From the human T2T-CHM13v2.0 reference genome, Homo sapiens: a stretch of 64,000 bases of DNA. The stretch spans positions 25,760,001 to 25,824,000 of the forward strand of contig CP068257.2 of the NCBI GenBank assembly GCA_009914755.4, read 5' to 3'. Shown piece by piece: positions 58,201 through 64,000 of this stretch; within the stretch, counting starts at the first letter, position 1; the number at the start of each line of letters is the position of its first letter. Below the pieces are notes generated by a model. That model saw nothing but the letters and a program-made list of their open reading frames with translations, was not told the DNA's origin and made no database searches. The position numbers and the translations under genes were made by a program.

Positions 58201-60970
58201 CTCTAAGGCTTTGATACATCTTTCCTGAGTATATCACTTTGAGTTTATAGAATATTTAATGTAGCTGAATCTTTAATGAAATGCGACACAATTATTTTGA
58301 AAAAAATTTGACACGTATTACTCCCGTATTAAATATGTAATGGACGTCAGTTAAGATCTAGCTAGAATCATATTGTTTTTAGAATTTACAAATCTCCTTG
58401 TCATACCTTTTCATTGAGACTCACATTTTCACTGAAATGTAGGTATTAAGGCCATCGACCCTATTTTAGGTTTTAGGAGACTCAGGCTAAGGAAAAAAGA
58501 GTGACTTTCTGTGGGTCCTAGAGAGATAGGACTCAGGTCTTCTGAGTCTTAATATAATATTTTTCCATCACACCATAGCTTTGTCTAGATTGAGTGACCA
58601 ACATACCGTTCTTTCTAGTTTCCTTATCCCCTTAGGAAATAAGAGATTAAACCTTGTTTAACTTCATTAGTAGCCTTATCAAAACCTATAACCTAAGAAG
58701 TCAAAAAAAGACTATCTCACCATCTCTCCCCTGAATATCTCTTGTTTCTTCACTAGTGAGTAAAATACATTGTTTCAGCAAATCGTTTTGCCATAACTAG
58801 ACACCAAAATTTAAAACTGAAAAAAGAAAACGTGATAGAAAAGTAAGATGGCATATCTTCACATTACAAGAAAATAAGTAAATAAAAATAAATCTGCCAG
58901 AGTGACTCCTTGATAATGGATAATAGGAGAAACAGTTTCAGCCAGGAGACTACGCCCTTCCGTTATGCCATACTTTCCTGGCTGAATTAAGAGTATCTCT
59001 CATCCCCCAGTGAGAACCTGTCTGAGCTAGCTTAAGATTTTTATCATTCAAGAAAATTCCATTTGGAAGTGAGACTCTCTAGATAACTTGGAGACACCCA
59101 TAATAAATTATCGTACGTGCAGATAACCTTCCAAGATAGTATTTAGTGCTCAGACAGACTGCTTTTATCAGTTTAAGCTATATGAAATTGCCATTGTTTT
59201 GGGGTCAAACCAGTTCGATAATTTCATATGGTGCATCTCAGACTTCACTTGTATAAGAAAGCAAGATACTTTCATTAAGAGTATGAGCTTTAGAGTCTAA
59301 AGATCTTTATTTATATGGAAGCACTTGCTCATACTAATCAGGGAAGGTTAATTAACTCTCAAATGGACATGATTATAATTGAGGTAGGGCCTATAGAGTT
59401 GCTATGAGGATTAACTGAAACTACAAATACAGAGTCTAGCACAGTATGGTATCAGATTGCTATTCAATAAATAATGGATATTATAGGGCTAATATTGTTG
59501 CTGAGGTCCTGTATTCTAACTGTGAACCCTATCTAGCTGTTGCACCCAGAAAGACTTGCTATTTACTTCTGATAAACTTGGACTGCACCTCATTTTTTAG
59601 CATATTACTGTCATGGTTAGCCATACAGTCTCTTTCATAAATGGTTTTCTGAGGTCATCTATATGAGTGAACCCAGTTAGTGCTAATAATAGAATTTGGC
59701 CATGAAGCCTGTACCTGTTAATGCCAAGAAATCTCTGTGATTTGGAGGATAGAGCATCTTTAGCACTTGGATATATTTACACACAAGTTTTTGAGTCATT
59801 CAGAGATTTCACTTTTAATTCATATGTGGAGAATGTTTTAGTATTTATAATAAAATCAGGTACAAAATATAATATGTATTACTTCCAATATTTCACTGCT
59901 ATTTACTCTTGGCTCCAGGCAATCAAGAATCTTTAATTTGTTACTCTGTTTTCTCAGATATTCTTTTTAAACTATTCCTTTGAACTCATAAGGAGCTATT
60001 ACTTCTCTCAGCCATTAGCCTTTTCACACTTTTGCTCTTTCTGACCACTGTGTGCCAGAGATTGCAAATTCTTTGAGGTCAGGCTTTGTATTGTTTACCT
60101 TTGCATGTGACTAGCACATACACTTGCACATTACAAGAACCCCAACAATATATTATAAGTAGAACCAATTGGAAAATTCAAATGATAAGCAGATAATTGC
60201 AAAAATGTGTTTGCAAAATTATAGTTGGAAATTGGAACACTTGAAAATTTTTTTTTAATTTTTTTTTTTATTTTAATAGTGAGCCACATATTGGAGATGA
60301 TTTAAGGCTTGCAGACCGACCATGACTGCCAATTGACCCACACTGTAGCTGAAATAATACTACCAGAAAAAAATTCTACCACTGAGTCCCAATGACACTT
60401 CAATCCCCCTATTTGATGTTAGACTCGCTTGCCTCTAAGGCATGATCTTTTTGATGTGTGGGGATATAGAGTGTTGCTTGGGTTGCTGAGAATAAAGTTT
60501 GCAATGGCCAAGGAGACCTGGTTATACCAAGGGAAGATTTCTGCAAAAGGAAAATTCTTCAAGTTTCGATGTCCACGTTTGCATTTATAAGGGGCTGAAC
60601 AAGATGGTAGCCACTAGCTACATAAGCTACATAAGGGTATGTACATTAAAATTTCAATTAATTAAAAAGCCATTTCCTCAGCCATACTAAACATATTTCC
60701 AGTACTTAATAGTCCCATGAAGATGACACCTACAAAATTGGATAGCAGATATTTTCATCTCAGAATGTCTTATTGGACAGCACTAGTCCAAACAATTGAT
60801 GGAGAAGATCATTTGGGTGTAGAGAGGCAGGTTGTAATTTATAACTCATTATCAGGGAGGGTGAGTATAGGGCTGTCACGATATCAGAAATGCCTTGGCA
60901 ATTCTCAGCTGTTTGATGCATTAACACACTTCTTCCACCTGGAAATGGAATTCCAGCTCTTTCTACTGAG

Positions 60971-60992
60971 ACACACACACACACACACACAC
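60971..60992. repeat. (AC)11 microsatellite
   Basis: Direct reading. Confidence 0.9.
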
Positions 60993-62224
60993 TTTTTTTT
61001 AACAAGCAAACACAGATCTTTTTTTCTAAATTGAATGATTATCATTAAAATAATTATTCCTCGTGTATTTTTTCTTTACATTCTCTCTGTAATATCTTGC
61101 TGATCAGATTATAGAATTTCCATTACATAAAAAGTATTTTTGTCGTTTTATCAATCAACCAACCAAAAAACGAAACTAAAACAAAATTACAAAACAAAAT
61201 TCAGACCTTTAGGTTAAGGTTTTATTTTAAAAGTCTGTCCAATCTAGGAAATATTGCATAACTAACTTATTATTGTCTTGGCTTCTCAAGATGCAAGTAC
61301 AAATTTTGACTTTAAGCAAATTCCCTCTGCTGTTATTAGCATGATCACTATGAATAAAAATATATCACAATTTAAAATACCAAAATATGAAAAATAGAAA
61401 GTTTGCCATCAAAAACAAAGATCCAATATTGATTTTATTTTTTCAGGGAAAATATTTCTGGAGGTTTAAGTCTTTACTACTGACACATTTGAAAATCAAG
61501 ACAATGGAAAACCCCTACCCTTTTATTGAGCTCATATTTTTCATCTGTATATGGAACTTTTCAAGTAAGAAGATATTGTGTCCTATGAGTGACCTTAGTG
61601 TTCGGGTAAATTACTTTCTTTCTATGAAGAGTCTAAAACATGCATATAAATAGGAATGTGCATAAGCTTGCAAAGATATTACTGGCGTTCTGCATTTTCC
61701 ATAAAAAGTTATGTATGCCTGAGGCTAAATGCCTAGCTGTATTTCATCCTAAGGTTAATAGAACTTCATGAAATATTTAGACTTTCATAATATGGCTTTT
61801 ACATAATTTTTCAAGACAGTCAGAACTTTTTGACCATTTAAATGTTTTTACCTAAAACAGAGCAATCACCTGGCGTTTGGTTTACAACATGAATTCTTTG
61901 TCCAGACCTCTCTTTGGAGTGGCTGCTTCGGTCTTGTTCCTGGTTGATTAGACATAGATCTCTCTGATCTGACCTCAGATAACATCTATGCTTAGAACTC
62001 TCGTCTCTCAAATGTTGTGCTTTGATCATCAATCATCTTTGAAAATATTAATATAGCAATGCCCAACTCAACTCAGCTGACAATTCAGTCGTCCGGGACA
62101 CAACAAAAACAAATCAACACATAACTGGACCAAAAGCTGAGTACCCAGTTTGTTTTTGATGGTGGTAGTGGTGATGCTTAAATACACGTGTGTGTATATG
62201 TCTGTGTATATTTTATCACATGCA

Positions 62225-62246
62225 TACACACACACACACACACACA
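62225..62246. repeat. (CA)11 microsatellite
   Basis: Direct reading. Confidence 0.9.
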
Positions 62247-62804
62247 TGGATTTAACTGGATATCACATATCTTAAAAATTCAGTTAGTTCTAGCATTTCT
62301 CCCATCTAAGCCAACTAAATAAGATTTTTGTAACTATTACCACTTACTGCTAGAAAATTTCCTTTAGTTTAAATTATCTAGACATTAAAAAGAGGGAGGA
62401 AATATTTTATTTTACTACAAAATAATTCTCCAGCCTTCAAGTAGTATTAAAGCAAAAACATATTATAATATTGAATTTCTAAGGGATGCTATGAATTTTT
62501 TGGTCTTATCTAAACCCATCACAAATCCCTTTTTAAACAATGGTCAACATTTGAATGAACTGGGCCATTGCAGAAACTCAGCATCTTACGAAGCATTTCC
62601 TTCCTTCTTTTTCTCTTCTCTTCTTCCCTTCTTTTCTCTTTCATAGATTAAATAATTAGAATTTAGGACCTATTACCTTTTTTTTTTCATTAAGAATCGA
62701 TCTCAGAGCTACACCTATTTGTTAATTCTAAATCATTGTTTTCTGGAGCTAAACAGATCTAGTGACTTTTCATGTAACTATTCTTAAAATATACATATGT
62801 ATAA

Positions 62805-62925
62805 TATACACATATATAATTATACTTCTATAGGTATATTTCTATTATATTACATTTACATATGTATGAATATACTTTTATATATACACATAAACACACA
62901 CACACACAAACATACGTATTTTTTT
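62805..62925. repeat. TA/CA-rich low-complexity tract
   Basis: Direct reading. Confidence 0.7.
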
Positions 62926-64000
62926 CCTCTCCTCTAAATATCACTCCCCACCCCAGATGATTAATTCAAAAAATAATCAATACCAATCTGACATTGTACC
63001 ATGTGCCACCAGAGACAATGAGTTCCCTGTGTTTGAATAGTAAACAATATTGAACAAACATTAAATTCTGAACAATGTTGGACCCTAGGAGGCTCAAGCT
63101 TCACATTAGGGTTTTAAGTAGATTATCATCATATTTCATTTAAATCCTAACTTTCCATAATTGTGAAATAATCAAGTTAGAGAATTTTTCCACTTCCCCA
63201 ATAACTAGAGATACATTTACAAAATTACTCTCAGTTATCAAAGCATTTACTTAACAGGCTATTTCCAAGGGATACATGAAATAATCTATGCAAAGCATGT
63301 AACACATTTCTTGATATATAGTAAGTGCTATAATTTTTATCAATTACTCTTGTGTTATTATACATAAACTAAACTCTAAGCAGTAGAGCTCTATTACACT
63401 TTCCAATTTATTTTTGTATCTGAAATACATGTTAACGTGATTTCTGGCTATTGTGTTTTTTCTTGACTGGTTAAAATGGGAAATGAATAGAAATGCTGTC
63501 ATCTCACAGTAGTGAGAAAATCATCCCAATTTTAATGATATACAGCAGATGAATCACCTACTTAATGGCATGATCAAACAGACCTGGAAATACCAGTCAC
63601 TCCCATTGCAGCCCACAGATTTATCTGTTTATGGATGGAAATAATGCAAACATTCTTCTTGAAACCACTCTATTACCACAAAATATCATTATTGACTAGA
63701 CAGTGTAATCCTTCTCAATATGTGTGCCTTGGCTTGTATAGTAGAGAAAATAATATAAAATTTAATAAGTAGTAATATTAAATCAAAGGAGCAGAAACAG
63801 AAATTCATTTCATGGTTTTATCTGGTTAATATTAAGCACTGGCATGGTCTTTATAAAATTAGGCTATTTCTTTAATTTATATCCTTTAGTTATAATTTTA
63901 AAAGATGTAAACCATTAATTTACATTTTAGAAACATTCTATTTGACACTGTATATTAACTTGCATTCATGTGAATAACATTAAATTGGATATGAAATAGC

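Overview
This window reads as primate (almost certainly human) nuclear DNA from an AT-rich, gene-poor region. It is not a prokaryotic locus and holds no operon-like or defence-system-like structure. I could not support any protein-coding exon. Every long ORF in the supplied track falls inside an interspersed repeat, a microsatellite, a polypyrimidine tract or the pseudogene below.

Most of the window is transposable-element sequence:
- **SINEs:** eight Alu elements, several with clear target-site duplications (TSDs).
- **LINEs:** a 5.3-kb L1PA-type L1 on the minus strand with both ORFs broken and a 16-bp TSD; several older L1 fragments; LINE-2 (L2)/MIR-like pieces.
- **ERV/LTR:** a gammaretrovirus-like endogenous retrovirus (ERV) pol fragment (reverse transcriptase (RT) with a CIDD motif plus connection domain); MLT-type (MaLR/ERVL) long terminal repeats (LTRs); at least six copies of one roughly 550-bp TG...CA LTR-like family that I cannot name from memory.
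- **Pseudogene:** an intronless processed pseudogene of ribosomal protein L10 (RPL10) on the minus strand, with an A-rich tail, a 10-bp TSD, and one frameshift with an immediately following stop.
- **Simple sequence:** many microsatellites ((CA)n, (GATA)n, (GGTA)n, (AAAT)n) and two long (TTCC)n-like polypyrimidine tracts.

Observations most worth a second look:
- a perfect 60-bp inverted repeat with a 154-bp spacer, built from the tail of an old diverged L1;
- a 45-bp near-perfect inverted repeat bracketing the ERV pol fragment;
- a probably young AluY with a perfect 15-bp TSD;
- a 36-bp + A21 micro-retro-insertion;
- nested insertion structures that give a relative age order.

I found no novel biological system in this window. 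Family assignments are from memory of consensus sequences, not from a search.
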